Origin: an uncultured virus (IMG/VR IMGVR_UViG_3300028832_000124) | Lineage: Duplodnaviria; Heunggongvirae; Uroviricota; Caudoviricetes | Length of the DNA: 64,000 bases | IMG/VR virus record: IMGVR_UViG_3300028832_000124 | Direction: 5' to 3' (one strand) | Part shown: positions 47,546 through 57,797 of the stretch, in pieces | How the letters are laid out: every line of letters begins with the position of its first letter | Numbering within the stretch: the first letter of the stretch is position 1 | Position numbers and translations under genes: made by a program | Notes under the pieces: model-generated | Databases searched by the model: none | Seen by the model: only the letters and a program-made list of their open reading frames with translations | Told to the model about the DNA's origin: nothing

Positions 47546-47965
47546 TTAAACCATCGTTGTCATCTTTGCCTGTATGCGCGTATAGTGGTAGCCGTGTCCG
47601 TCGCTCGATGCAGGAATGACCGTTCGAGGAAAGTCTATCTTGAACTGGTTAGGCACGACGATAGGAAAAACCTCCATCAGTGCATTTCTCAGACGCTTCA
47701 TGGCTGGCTGATTGAACTCCTTCGGATTGCTTCGGGTTTTCCTGTCAGCAACGAATATCTCAAAGACAACGGTAATATCCAGCCACCAGTCATCAGCCTC
47801 GCCAAGAGTCTTGTTGACGGTAGAGTATGGAAGGGAAACGACGATAAACTCAGTCAGCTTCTCGTCAGTGGCATTGGGACGCTCCTGCAGGAACGTCTTC
47901 GCGCACACCTTCTGCGCTTCCTTATCCATTGTCTCAAGTATGTCCTCTGGAGTAATCATAATCAT
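47546..47965 (-). CDS. Tail terminator-like protein
   Basis: Synteny and size. Confidence 0.55.
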   Translation of the reverse strand: MIMITPEDILETMDKEAQKVCAKTFLQERPNATDEKLTEFIVVSLPYSTVNKTLGEADDWWLDITVVFEIFVADRKTRSNPKEFNQPAMKRLRNALMEVFPIVVPNQFKIDFPRTVIPASSDGHGYHYTRIQAKMTTMV

Positions 47966-48522
47966 GCAAACCTAAACTCTCTGATGTCACCACCACGACC
48001 TTCAATGTCATCGGCTATCTGTAAAAGAACCTTATTGCCGCCTACCATCTTGGCATAATCGACAACGGTAACCACTCTATACGCTAACGATTCCTGACCC
48101 TTCTTTACCCTTGGAGCGTATCTGCTCAGCCACCTCACCACTTCTGCATCAGCTAAGATGTGACGCATACCTTCGGGTGCCTTGAAGGTGTGTTCCTGGG
48201 TGCTTCCGTCATAACGCTGACGGCCCTTGAGAAACTTGTCACCTTCTGCAAGCGTCAACTGAATGGGTGATTCCCCTTCAATATCGTTGCTGGTAGCACA
48301 GCCCACAAACCTTCCATTCCTGTATAAGGCAATACCAAATGAGTTGATGTAGTTACCCGTCATGTCAGACATTTTCAGCTCTTCCATTGTTTCACGGGCA
48401 AAGTCATGTATCTCAGACATGACAGATGGCAACGCTCTCAGCATTTCACGCTGTGCCTTGTTGTAGGCATTCTTGCGGAGATTATCATAGACTTGCTTGA
48501 TACTGCTTCTGCGTACTGCCAT
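47962..48522 (-). CDS. Neck/tail completion protein
   Basis: TGN.INS motif; synteny. Confidence 0.55.
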   Translation of the reverse strand: MAVRRSSIKQVYDNLRKNAYNKAQREMLRALPSVMSEIHDFARETMEELKMSDMTGNYINSFGIALYRNGRFVGCATSNDIEGESPIQLTLAEGDKFLKGRQRYDGSTQEHTFKAPEGMRHILADAEVVRWLSRYAPRVKKGQESLAYRVVTVVDYAKMVGGNKVLLQIADDIEGRGGDIREFRFA

Positions 48523-48527
48523 AAACG

Positions 48528-48884
48528 CTACTCCATATTGGCATTTCGGTTCATTTCTCCATAAATTACACTACGGTTGTTGTCCGGCTCGAAGTCTTTG
48601 ACTTCCCATTCCTCGGTGATATTACCTTTTACCACTATCAGAACGTCACCCGACATTGGTATCAGGCCGTTCCACTCGTCAAAGCGAACTGGAATGCTGG
48701 CCTTGCGCTTGTTGCTGTCAACCTTTGCGTCTCCCGTTGTCGTGGTGTCTGTATAGCTGCGGCCTATACCCTCATAGACAATCTGCTCACCAAGCTCTCC
48801 CTCGGAGTACCTGTCTGGCATTTCACGTCTCACTATCTTGATAGAGTGAGGGTATCGCGGATTACTGACCTTAATCTTCCTCAT
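48528..48884 (-). CDS. Head closure-like protein
   Basis: NPRYPHSIKI N-terminus; synteny. Confidence 0.55.
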   Translation of the reverse strand: MRKIKVSNPRYPHSIKIVRREMPDRYSEGELGEQIVYEGIGRSYTDTTTTGDAKVDSNKRKASIPVRFDEWNGLIPMSGDVLIVVKGNITEEWEVKDFEPDNNRSVIYGEMNRNANME

Positions 48885-49381
48885 AGTGCAACTTCATGTG
48901 GAAGCGGAATACCAGCCTCATTGTAGTCACAGGGCTGAATACCAAAGCTGCTTACATTTACCTCAACAGAGTCATCGTAGTCAAACTCTTCGTCATACTT
49001 TTCGTATATAGACTTGGCGTAAGCCAGCATGCGGTCTTTATCTTCATCCGTCAACTGATAGCCGCCCTCGGAATGGCTCCAACCGTTATCAGAGTCAGAA
49101 GTGGAGTTGACCTTTGTAGGACCCATACAAATCCATACGTAAAGGTCGGCCTTCAGAAGTTCCTTCGTACGCTTCGGCTCGATGACGTTTTCATCATCAG
49201 CTACAGCGTCCGGAGCGTCAGCTTCGGGCTTAGGGAATAGTTCATCAAACGTCTTGTCTGGGTCTATCCCTCGTTCGTCGCAGATGTGTTCTGCTGTTTC
49301 GTCAGATATTTGGAAATTCACACAGCCAAAAACGTAGTCTCTGACTGTTCTGACCTTCTTCTCTCCACTTTCGTTATCCAT
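48881..49381 (-). CDS. Head-tail adaptor-like protein
   Basis: ADLYVW...SDSDNGWSHSEGG...A..IY.KY; follows capsid. Confidence 0.6.
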   Translation of the reverse strand: MDNESGEKKVRTVRDYVFGCVNFQISDETAEHICDERGIDPDKTFDELFPKPEADAPDAVADDENVIEPKRTKELLKADLYVWICMGPTKVNSTSDSDNGWSHSEGGYQLTDEDKDRMLAYAKSIYEKYDEEFDYDDSVEVNVSSFGIQPCDYNEAGIPLPHEVAL

Positions 49382-49440
49382 ACGGGCAAATATTAGAGAA
49401 GGTGCGGCAGGCTGTTGTCAACCTACCTACACCTTATTTA

Positions 49441-50811
49441 TTATTGTTCCGTGCGCTCGTAGTAGTCAGTACCCTCAACTACCTCGGTGTCGGTAGACAG
49501 AACGAAGCCGTTGTCAGACTGAACGTACCAACCTTCCTCCACAGGATTTGCACCTGCCTCTGGAGTAACCTTGGTGTAGGTGTACTGAGGCTCGGGAGCA
49601 GGAGCTTCACCCATGATATTCAGGTAGTAGAACCAGCGAGTGAGGTTAGGAACACAAACGGTCTGAGACTCAGACTTAACCTTGATGGTCATCTTCTCAC
49701 CGTTGCGGACCTCACGGATCATCGTACGGCCACCGTCGTAGTATGCCGTGCGAGTGCTGCCATCGTCGATGGCTACGAGCTTACCGCTCTGAACAGTACC
49801 GATTTCTCCGTTGGGAACGTAAACCAGAACACCCTCGCGGAATGCCTGAATGTTGTGGTACTGAGCCTTGTGAGTCTTCGGATTGATGAACTCAATGGCA
49901 CCAACCTTATCGACAACCTCAATGCGGCCAATCTGCTCCTGGATGAAGTTCCAGATGGTTTCCTTGGGAACGGTGTTCGACCAAGAAATACGCAGAGTGT
50001 CCTTTGTGATGTCAGGACGGTTGACGGTAGCGAACATCTCACGGAAGAAAGGCATAGCAATGAGGTCGTTCTTGGTCTTCTTGGAGCATTCCCAGTGACC
50101 TTCGGGAGCGAAGTCGTTTTCCTCAGCATCCTCAACAATCTTCTGGCAGACATTGATAGGATTGATACCCTTACCAATACCGCTTACCTGAACAACATTG
50201 TTGTTGTTGTCCTTGTAGAACCAGGTGCTTGTGTGCTTGTTCTTGGCAGGAACGCCAAAGTCAAGCTCGAAAGGCAGACCGTAGGGGTTGTTGATACCGT
50301 CGATGACGAGCTTACCCTCGTTACCTACAATCTGATGACGCTGGAACTGAACGGTGTTGAAGTTACCACCAATCAGAGAGTCAACAGAAGTAAAGAACAG
50401 GTTCATCACTGCGTCAACAATATCGGAGCGCATGCCACCCAGCATGTCAACGAGAGCCATCTTCTCACGAATCTTCTTACGGTCAAGGTAAACCTCATGC
50501 TTGAAGATGTTAATCTCACCAGTCTTGAGGGTTGCACCGTCAACGCTCTTAGAAGGACCGTCAGAATCGTAGTCCACGTAAGCAGCCATCGTGTAAGGAC
50601 GGATAACTGCCTCAATCTGCTCGTAGGTAGGATTCAGCTTGATGTCTGGATCCAAGGGGAAGCCCATATTGGCGTATGTCTTCTCGGCATTCCACTTCTC
50701 GGCGAACATATCATTAAGATACATCTGCAGTGAAGCGCGTCCACCATCGACATAACCCATGGAAGCCAAGCCCTGAGCAATGAAATCGTAAAATTGTGCG
50801 TCGCGTATCAT
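49441..50811 (-). CDS. Major capsid protein
   Basis: 456 aa after scaffold/decoration genes; MAAYVDYDS.GP and LDFGVP motifs. Confidence 0.85.
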   Translation of the reverse strand: MIRDAQFYDFIAQGLASMGYVDGGRASLQMYLNDMFAEKWNAEKTYANMGFPLDPDIKLNPTYEQIEAVIRPYTMAAYVDYDSDGPSKSVDGATLKTGEINIFKHEVYLDRKKIREKMALVDMLGGMRSDIVDAVMNLFFTSVDSLIGGNFNTVQFQRHQIVGNEGKLVIDGINNPYGLPFELDFGVPAKNKHTSTWFYKDNNNNVVQVSGIGKGINPINVCQKIVEDAEENDFAPEGHWECSKKTKNDLIAMPFFREMFATVNRPDITKDTLRISWSNTVPKETIWNFIQEQIGRIEVVDKVGAIEFINPKTHKAQYHNIQAFREGVLVYVPNGEIGTVQSGKLVAIDDGSTRTAYYDGGRTMIREVRNGEKMTIKVKSESQTVCVPNLTRWFYYLNIMGEAPAPEPQYTYTKVTPEAGANPVEEGWYVQSDNGFVLSTDTEVVEGTDYYERTEQ

Positions 50812-50835
50812 AATTGAATACCTTTTAGAGATTAA

Positions 50836-51270
50836 TTACTCGATGCCGTATGCCTCGCGAGCGTCTTTGCGCAAGCGGACGAACTCAATGTTCGGCAGCT
50901 GCGCTTCGACACTTGCAGGAACATCAGTGGCATCACCCCAGCACTTACCCGATGTGACGATAGCGGTGGATGCGTAGAACGTACCCTCGACAATCTTAAC
51001 ATCATGACGGGTAAGGCCATTCACAGTAGCGAGCTTGGCAGCACCAGCGTCAGCCTTGATAACTTCGCAGAAATCGCTCTCGTTGTCAAAGTGGACCATG
51101 GAACCGGCAGGAATAACATCACCTGCATGGAAGCCCTGCTTTACCAAATCAATCTTTCGACCGATGTGGATTTGCTTGTCAACGTCAATCCAGCACTCAA
51201 CGTTACCGCCACCGATAGAGTGGGTCTGCTGAGACATGGTATTGTCCGTTCCTCTGTTGTAATAGCCCAT
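50836..51270 (-). CDS. Head decoration-like protein
   Basis: GDVIPAGS...NGL...D motif; immediately before capsid. Confidence 0.65.
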   Translation of the reverse strand: MGYYNRGTDNTMSQQTHSIGGGNVECWIDVDKQIHIGRKIDLVKQGFHAGDVIPAGSMVHFDNESDFCEVIKADAGAAKLATVNGLTRHDVKIVEGTFYASTAIVTSGKCWGDATDVPASVEAQLPNIEFVRLRKDAREAYGIE

Positions 51271-51329
51271 AACTGAAATGTTAATGAAAAATGTTACCTG
51301 AAAAATCTTTTTACCTCAAAAGAGACTGA

Positions 51330-52037
51330 TTATTTCTTCTCTTCGGGTTTGGGGAGTTTGCCGCGAGCCTGCATGCGCTTCTTGAAAGCCTCACGCTTCT
51401 CGATGGCCTCCTTATCTGGTCCGTCGGTACGATGCTCCTGACCCTTACGGGGACGCTCGAACTTGATACCTGCATCCTTCAACTCTTGATAGTAGGCTTC
51501 TTCTGCATCCTTTGCCAGCTTGGCAATGTCGTGAGTCTGACCTTCTTCGAGCCTCGGGAGCTGAATCTTGGCAATGGTTGCGTTGACGAAATACTGGTTA
51601 GGGGTGATTTTCCCTTCCCGGAACGTCTCAGCAAGCTTGTTGCGGACCTGGGCGATAACAGCATCATTTGCCGCCTTTTCGTCCTTTTCTTTGAGAGACT
51701 TCTTAAGACCGTCAATCTCGTCCTTCAAGGCTTTGAGCTTCGGGTCATCCTCATCCTCTTCCTGATGCTCATTGGGCTTCGGCTTTGGAGGGGTCTGCGT
51801 GGGATGCTTTTTCTTCCAGTCGTTAATCTGGGAGCCTGCTTCCTTTGCAACGTTACCGTTCATGCGGAGCAATCGCTGGGCAATCCGTTTGCAGAATGCT
51901 TCATCGGCCTGACTGTCTTCGGTGATTCCTTCGAGCGCGTCATCCAACTCTGCGTTAATAGTCTCTTCACTTAGCACTGTGATGCGTGATTCGCCATACT
52001 GTGCTTCTACTAATGGTCTGAGTGATTCTCTATCCAT
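51330..52037 (-). CDS. Capsid scaffolding-like protein
   Basis: Charged coiled-coil with Pro-rich linker; first head gene. Confidence 0.6.
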   Translation of the reverse strand: MDRESLRPLVEAQYGESRITVLSEETINAELDDALEGITEDSQADEAFCKRIAQRLLRMNGNVAKEAGSQINDWKKKHPTQTPPKPKPNEHQEEDEDDPKLKALKDEIDGLKKSLKEKDEKAANDAVIAQVRNKLAETFREGKITPNQYFVNATIAKIQLPRLEEGQTHDIAKLAKDAEEAYYQELKDAGIKFERPRKGQEHRTDGPDKEAIEKREAFKKRMQARGKLPKPEEKK

Positions 52038-52079
52038 GATTTTTAAAGTTTAAAATTGATGATTTCAATCGTTACTTAG

Positions 52080-52152
52080 TTGCAGGAGTGTGACTCGAAC
52101 ACACGACCTCAAGGCTATGATCCTCGCGAGCTACCGACTGCTCCATCCTGCG
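52080..52152 (-). tRNA. tRNA-Met(CAT), initiator type
   Basis: Full cloverleaf, C1:A72 mismatch, anticodon CAT at 52117-52119, TTCGAGT T-loop; CCA not encoded. Confidence 0.88.
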
Positions 52153-52238
52153 ATATTAAAAACCCGACGCTTCGGGTTGATTGTTAACCACAAAAACATA
52201 AATCTACTAACCTTTTGACCACCCTCACGGGTATGATT

Positions 52239-52313
52239 TTGCATAAATATACCTAATTTTCTGCAAAAATATGAATAAAAATTGTATAAAACAAATATTT
52301 TTGCGTATTTTTG
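52239..52313. promoter_or_regulatory. Divergent late promoter region
   Basis: TATTTTTG on minus (52264-52271) and plus (52296-52303, 52306-52313); ATATTTATGCAA motif. Confidence 0.5.
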
Positions 52314-52349
52314 CAGAAAATTATGAATAATTATTCAATTTCGGGGTAG

Positions 52350-54020
52350 ATGGAAATGTTTTCAGGACTAAAAATGCCCGATGGTGAGCCTATTCTGACT
52401 CAAGAGTACATCAACACCCTCCAGCAGCAGGCGATTGCCAAGAAACTAAAGAATGCAATCGTGCCACAAGCTGGGGGGCAGGAAAACATGCTCTCTACAA
52501 ACGTGGATATACTGATTTGCGGTGGTTCGCGTGGTGGAAGTAAAAGTTTTTCGGGGTTGATGGAAGCGCAAAAGGACATTTTAAATCCCGATTTCCATGC
52601 AGCTGTATTCAGAAACAACAAAAAGGCCATGGAAAAGCTTATACGTGACTCACGTAAACTTTTTTCGCAATTTGGCACGTATAACAAGTCTCAGTCTGAT
52701 ATGACTTGGAACTTCAATGCAGGCGGCACCCTCGGCTTCTACTACCATGATGACAGCTATGAAGATTTCAAAGAACGCTTCCAAGGTCAGGAATATGCCT
52801 ACATCTTCATCGACGAGATAACACACATCGAATACAACAAGTTCAAATACCTCACGACGTGTAACCGTAATGCCTATGGCATTCGTAACCGTTTTTGGGG
52901 AACTTGTAACCCTGACCCTCGCTCATGGGTACGTCAGTTCATCGACTGGTGGATTGACAAAGACGGATATATCGACCCTGAGCGTGACGGAAAAGTACGC
53001 TATTGCTTCATGAAGGGCGACAGAATCAATCAGATTGTCTGGGGTGACACTCGCGAAGAGGTGTACCTCAAGTGCAAAGAAGAGATTGATGAAGTCTGGA
53101 ATCCAAAGTTTGATGAATACGGCATGACGAAGGAACAGATGGTGATGTCCGTCGCTTTCGTACGTGCTGACCTCTCGCAGAATCCTATGCTTCTGCTATC
53201 TGACCCCACATATCTCGCTCGTCTGGCCCAACAGGACAAAGGACAGGTATTGCGTGACCTCAAAGCCAACTGGAATGCCTCTGAGGTGGGGGATGACATG
53301 ATTTCTTACGACGAGCTGGAACAGGTGTTCGGGAATGCCTATCAGTATGGTGACGGCATCAGACGGTGTACGGCAGATATTGCGCTCGAAGGTGGTGATA
53401 ACCTTGTCATGTACCTTTGGATAGGCTACCATGTTGCTGATTTCTGCTGTGTCAACGTCAATTCCAAGACGGCAGTATCAGTCATTCAGCATAAACTAAA
53501 GGAGTGGGGTGTGCTCGAAGAGAATTTCTGCTACGACCTACAGGGTGTAGGACAGCTCGTAAAAGGATTCTTCCCAGAGGCTATACCGTTCAACAACCAG
53601 GCAGCACCGATTGCCGATGATGATGATGACTACGATGATGGTGTGAAGTATCTCTATAAGGACCTCAAATCACAGTGCGCATACCTCACATACCGCAAGC
53701 TCAAAGAACTGAATATCTCTTTCGATTCAAGTCTGCTTGATAGAAAGGTGTCGGGTAACGGCTACGAGGATATTCTGCTTCGTGACGTGTTGCAGAAAGA
53801 GCGTATGTCGCTGCGTCGTGATCCAGACACGAAGGATAAGGGCTTCTGCCTCATGCCAAAGAAGAAGTCGAAAGTGATTGTCGGACACTCACCTGACTGG
53901 TGGGAATCTCTATACTTCCGAGCGTACTTTGATATTGCCGAGTCGGTACAGATGGAAGTCGAAAACTCATGGATGCTGGGGGCAGACATGGAAATGGATT
54001 TTGATATGGAATTTAATTAA
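52350..54020 (+). CDS. terL: Terminase large subunit
   Basis: GGSRGGSKS Walker A, IFIDE Walker B, TCNP motif, nuclease D.ALEGGD, HSPD. Confidence 0.92.
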   Translation: MEMFSGLKMPDGEPILTQEYINTLQQQAIAKKLKNAIVPQAGGQENMLSTNVDILICGGSRGGSKSFSGLMEAQKDILNPDFHAAVFRNNKKAMEKLIRDSRKLFSQFGTYNKSQSDMTWNFNAGGTLGFYYHDDSYEDFKERFQGQEYAYIFIDEITHIEYNKFKYLTTCNRNAYGIRNRFWGTCNPDPRSWVRQFIDWWIDKDGYIDPERDGKVRYCFMKGDRINQIVWGDTREEVYLKCKEEIDEVWNPKFDEYGMTKEQMVMSVAFVRADLSQNPMLLLSDPTYLARLAQQDKGQVLRDLKANWNASEVGDDMISYDELEQVFGNAYQYGDGIRRCTADIALEGGDNLVMYLWIGYHVADFCCVNVNSKTAVSVIQHKLKEWGVLEENFCYDLQGVGQLVKGFFPEAIPFNNQAAPIADDDDDYDDGVKYLYKDLKSQCAYLTYRKLKELNISFDSSLLDRKVSGNGYEDILLRDVLQKERMSLRRDPDTKDKGFCLMPKKKSKVIVGHSPDWWESLYFRAYFDIAESVQMEVENSWMLGADMEMDFDMEFN

Positions 54021-54034
54021 AACAGGATAACAAT

Positions 54035-55699
54035 ATGGCAAAGAGATTTGATTTCAAGGAAGTTCTCGTTCGCAAGCCTATCTACAAAGTCTTACCAAGC
54101 GAAACGAACATTAAGTTTGAGACCTATCAGGGCAGCGATATGTCGGAGCCTGATGACCCTCTCAAGCTACAGGTCTATACGCAGTCGCAGATGCTACGTG
54201 AATACTACCCGTCGGCTCATAACATCAACAATCCTGTCCTCTATCCAGATGTGTGGAAGGAAATGCCTGTGCCGGGCAAGCCGAATCAGAAGCGTTACTT
54301 CCGTCAGCCCATCACACGTACTGCATTCGCTTTCCAGCGAGTGATAAAGGTTAAGAGGAACGTTCATGTCTGTGGTAATGACATGCAGTTTGAGTTGGCA
54401 TCAAAGAGCCGTGACGAGAAACAGACACTTCTTGACACACTATCGCTGCTGGACTTCAAAGAGGGCTGGCTGACGATGGGCATGGAGGAACGTTTCTACG
54501 AGGCTGTTGACTCCATCAATACCGTTGCCGATGCTGCAGTAGTCGGATATTTCGATGAAGATGGTGAGCCTCAGACGCGCACATTCTCCTATATCAACGG
54601 TGACAAGCTCTATCCGCACTACGACCCCATCACTGGCCGCATGATTCTCTTTGCCCGTAAATACTACGACCTCGACGAGGACGGAAAGCATACCACCGAG
54701 TGGGTAGAGGTGTGGGATGACGAAAACCTGTACCGCTTCAAGCGTGACGTGAAGAGCATATCGGCAACGATACTGGATTTCTTCGGACTCAACGGCTTCA
54801 AGCAGGTGGGCGAACCCAAGAAGCACGGTTTCCCGTTCATTCCTGTTGCCTATTATGTCAATCCAGAGGGTCCGGCATGGGCATTCTCTCAGGACACCAT
54901 CGAGAAATACGAAGAGGCCATGTCTTACTTCTTCGAGAATAACAAGGCTTACGCATTCCCCATCTTCTATGCGAAGGGTAAGGGTGTGAAGCTCTCAGGT
55001 AACATGAATGGTGCTGTCAAGGCAGTGGCTATCTCAGACCCGAAGGGTGAGGCTGGTTTCCTCAAGCAGGAAGATGTGTCGAACTCATACAACACGCTCC
55101 TTATCAAGCTCTACGACCTTATCTACGAACAGTCGTTTGCTGTCAAGCCACCTGAATTGAAGTCTGGTGACCTGCCAGGTGTAGCCGTGAAGCTGCTCTT
55201 CTCGCCTGCCATTGAACAGGCTATCGGTGATGCTGAGCACCTGCAGCCGTTCGTGGAACAGCTGGTACGTATCGTCAAGTATGCTTGGGGATATAAGCTC
55301 AACCATCCTGCAACACTCATGAAGCTGCCTATCAAGTCATGGATTGAACCATACATTCATCAGAACGATAGCGAGCTGATGACGAACCTCGCTACAGGCG
55401 TACAGCAGGGATTCATTTCCAAACAGACGGCATCAGAGCGTGCATCTAAGTACACCAAGAACGATGAAATGGATCGTCTCTTGAAGGAGTACAAACAGAA
55501 GCAGGAACTCGACCTTCTCTTTGAAATCAAGAAGAAGAAAGCAGAGGTGGAAGCTGAGATTGAAAAGCTCAAGCAGACATCGAAGATTCAGGGTAACGGT
55601 AACAACGTCCGTACTGGCAACGGTAAGACACGTACCACCGACGAGAACGGCAATCATGAGGGTGAAAATAATTGGGACCAGTGGAACGAAACACATTAA
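54035..55699 (+). CDS. Portal protein
   Basis: 554 aa after TerL; HGFPFIPV, SGD.PGVAVKLL (SPP1-type) motifs. Confidence 0.85.
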   Translation: MAKRFDFKEVLVRKPIYKVLPSETNIKFETYQGSDMSEPDDPLKLQVYTQSQMLREYYPSAHNINNPVLYPDVWKEMPVPGKPNQKRYFRQPITRTAFAFQRVIKVKRNVHVCGNDMQFELASKSRDEKQTLLDTLSLLDFKEGWLTMGMEERFYEAVDSINTVADAAVVGYFDEDGEPQTRTFSYINGDKLYPHYDPITGRMILFARKYYDLDEDGKHTTEWVEVWDDENLYRFKRDVKSISATILDFFGLNGFKQVGEPKKHGFPFIPVAYYVNPEGPAWAFSQDTIEKYEEAMSYFFENNKAYAFPIFYAKGKGVKLSGNMNGAVKAVAISDPKGEAGFLKQEDVSNSYNTLLIKLYDLIYEQSFAVKPPELKSGDLPGVAVKLLFSPAIEQAIGDAEHLQPFVEQLVRIVKYAWGYKLNHPATLMKLPIKSWIEPYIHQNDSELMTNLATGVQQGFISKQTASERASKYTKNDEMDRLLKEYKQKQELDLLFEIKKKKAEVEAEIEKLKQTSKIQGNGNNVRTGNGKTRTTDENGNHEGENNWDQWNETH

Positions 55700-55702
55700 G
55701 CC

Positions 55703-56254
55703 ATGGACGTAACGGTATCATCAAAGACAAGTAAGCTGGCTCGTTCGTTGGGCCTCACTCCTGAGCAGATGGCTTTCGCTGACCTCGTAACGCAAGGATG
55801 GCCAGAGGAAGATGCGTATGCTGTGGCCATCCGTACGGGTATGCAGACGTGGAACCGCCCAGCTATCAAGGCTGAGGTGGCTAAGATTCTCGCTATGGAT
55901 GCGGTGCAGAAACGTATCGCTGCCAACAAAGAGGTGCTTCGCGAGTCGCAGGTGAAGAAGATTCAGAAGGATATGAAGGAAAATGCCGATGACCTTCTGG
56001 AACTCGCTACTAATAAGGAGAAAAAGCTGATAGAGCTGCAGACCATCCTCAAGACGCTCAAGCCCGGCTCGACGGAATATAACAAGGTCAATGACCAGAT
56101 TATCAATATCTCTCGCATGAAGCAGAACGAGGTAAAGACGGATGACAAGACAATCCACTACTACCTGCCTGTCTCATATCCTACTGGCTGTCATGACTGC
56201 CTGTATTCTCGCTGCAACGAGTGCCAGTATAAGCGAGAGAGTACCACGAAATAA
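55703..56254 (+). CDS. Terminase small subunit-like HTH protein
   Basis: LTPEQMAFADLV..G....DAY..A resembles a TerS N-terminus; C-terminal CxxC motifs. Confidence 0.55.
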   Translation: MDVTVSSKTSKLARSLGLTPEQMAFADLVTQGWPEEDAYAVAIRTGMQTWNRPAIKAEVAKILAMDAVQKRIAANKEVLRESQVKKIQKDMKENADDLLELATNKEKKLIELQTILKTLKPGSTEYNKVNDQIINISRMKQNEVKTDDKTIHYYLPVSYPTGCHDCLYSRCNECQYKRESTTK

Positions 56255-56316
56255 CTTCAACAACTTCTATATACCAGCGCAACGTACTTTTTTTTGTATC
56301 ATACGTTTAAAAAGGG

Positions 56317-56351
56317 AAAGGGGAGCCACTTGTGATAAGCAGCTCCCCTTT
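56317..56351. terminator. Bidirectional terminator-like hairpin
   Basis: AAAGGGGAGC...GCTCCCCTTT between convergent operons. Confidence 0.6.
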
Positions 56352-56352
56352 G

Positions 56353-56574
56353 TTATTCATCAAAATGCTCACATGCCCTATCGCTCAGCAGTACGCAGAA
56401 CTTACCTTCCTTATACCAAGGGCATCTGCCCATCGTGGGTTTGCGTCCGTGGACGCTCAGCGTATGGTGCGAAGTCTCTGGAGTACAGTGAACGCATTCG
56501 CCACATTTCCTGCCTACCCATGGCTTGGGATTGTCAGGCCTTGGTAGTGGATTTGGCCTCCTGTTTGCAGCCAT
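56353..56574 (-). CDS. Small Cys-rich protein
   Basis: CGECVHC...CP...ACEHF. Confidence 0.6.
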   Translation of the reverse strand: MAANRRPNPLPRPDNPKPWVGRKCGECVHCTPETSHHTLSVHGRKPTMGRCPWYKEGKFCVLLSDRACEHFDE

Positions 56575-56575
56575 A

Positions 56576-57049
56576 CTACAAACCGACCTCTATCTTTCTG
56601 CCATACTCAGCCAACAGCAGAGCGTCACAGACAGCAAGCGTTATACGCTCCTTGGGGAATAGCTGTTGCGCCTTGGCTTTCAGCTTATTCTTCCACTCTG
56701 TCTTTGATACGCCCGATGACTTGCCAAGCTGGTATGACTTTTCCCACTTGTTGGGTGTGACATCATTCGTCTTGATACCCAATGCCAGCAGGGCCATTTC
56801 GAGGTGTCCGCAATGACGGGCAAAGGTGGCAGTAGCCTTGGAACTCTGCCCGGGCATTCCTGTACCAACCTTCTCAAGATAGCAGACGGTATCACTACTG
56901 AACAGCTCCGTGCCAGCGAAATGTCTCAGACGCTCCAAAATATCCTGTGGGGTGTCAGGCATCTTACCGACATAGATAACGTTTCCGTCCATATCCAATG
57001 CGGCAATGCCACCGTTAGTTCCTGGGTCTATTCCGATAACGCACTTCAT
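56576..57049 (-). CDS. RuvC-like Holliday junction resolvase
   Basis: IGIDPG..GGIA, YLEKV, VTP..W, DALLLA motifs. Confidence 0.85.
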   Translation of the reverse strand: MKCVIGIDPGTNGGIAALDMDGNVIYVGKMPDTPQDILERLRHFAGTELFSSDTVCYLEKVGTGMPGQSSKATATFARHCGHLEMALLALGIKTNDVTPNKWEKSYQLGKSSGVSKTEWKNKLKAKAQQLFPKERITLAVCDALLLAEYGRKIEVGL

Positions 57050-57246
57050 AGCAGTTTCTTTCTTAAGTCCTTGATATGTTCTGTAATCGTAGTCAGACGG
57101 TCTGTAATCAAACCATCGTTACACACAGGGATATAGTTGGGAATCTCTACCTTCGGATTCTCAATGGCACAGCAGAGTTGATCCAAGAAATCGGTGACTC
57201 TGGTATGGTCCTCGATAATCTCAATATAGCCTTTATTTTTGTCCAT
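57046..57246 (-). CDS. Hypothetical protein
   Basis: 66 aa, overlaps neighbours. Confidence 0.55.
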   Translation of the reverse strand: MDKNKGYIEIIEDHTRVTDFLDQLCCAIENPKVEIPNYIPVCNDGLITDRLTTITEHIKDLRKKLL

Positions 57247-57796
57247 CCTCTACCTCCTTTGCCATTTCAACAAGTTTAGCCTTGGCTTCTTCCTCAGCCT
57301 TGACCTCTTCGAGAATCTTGTCATCCTCGGCTTTCTCTTCGGGAGTCTCAACGGCACCAGCAATAGACTTCTGACGCTCAATGAGTGCTTTCAGGGCATT
57401 GGCCTTATCCTCGTAATACTTCTGGTCGCCAGTGGTACACACATCAGTCATCCACATGCTAAAGACATGCAGAATATCGGCAAGGCTGTTCTGTGCCAGT
57501 GTCTCACCCTTCTCATGAGCATCTAAGGCTACAGGGATGCAGTAGTCAAGCCAACGGAATACCTGTGTGTTGAAGCAGAACGTCAGCGAAAAGATACCGC
57601 TGATGGCCTCTACCTTGATATAGGGGATTCCTGCACGGCTGAACTGCTTCTTGATTTTGTCAGGCACGTTCTCGTCAGCACGCAAGCCTTTGAGCTGGCT
57701 CTTACTGAGGGCTTTCGTGAACTTGAGAACCTTATAGTTCCCGATTCTTACTTCCTTGCCAAACGGCAGGGATGGTCTTTCTTTCTTCTCTTCCAT
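57233..57796 (-). CDS. Hypothetical protein
   Basis: 187 aa ORF in operon. Confidence 0.7.
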   Translation of the reverse strand: MEEKKERPSLPFGKEVRIGNYKVLKFTKALSKSQLKGLRADENVPDKIKKQFSRAGIPYIKVEAISGIFSLTFCFNTQVFRWLDYCIPVALDAHEKGETLAQNSLADILHVFSMWMTDVCTTGDQKYYEDKANALKALIERQKSIAGAVETPEEKAEDDKILEEVKAEEEAKAKLVEMAKEVEDGQK

Positions 57797-57797
57797 G

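Noticed and set aside
49402..50733. 443-aa plus-strand ORF (also 34295-35275 and many similar)
   Set aside because: Antisense shadows of codon-biased structural genes, with no protein motifs
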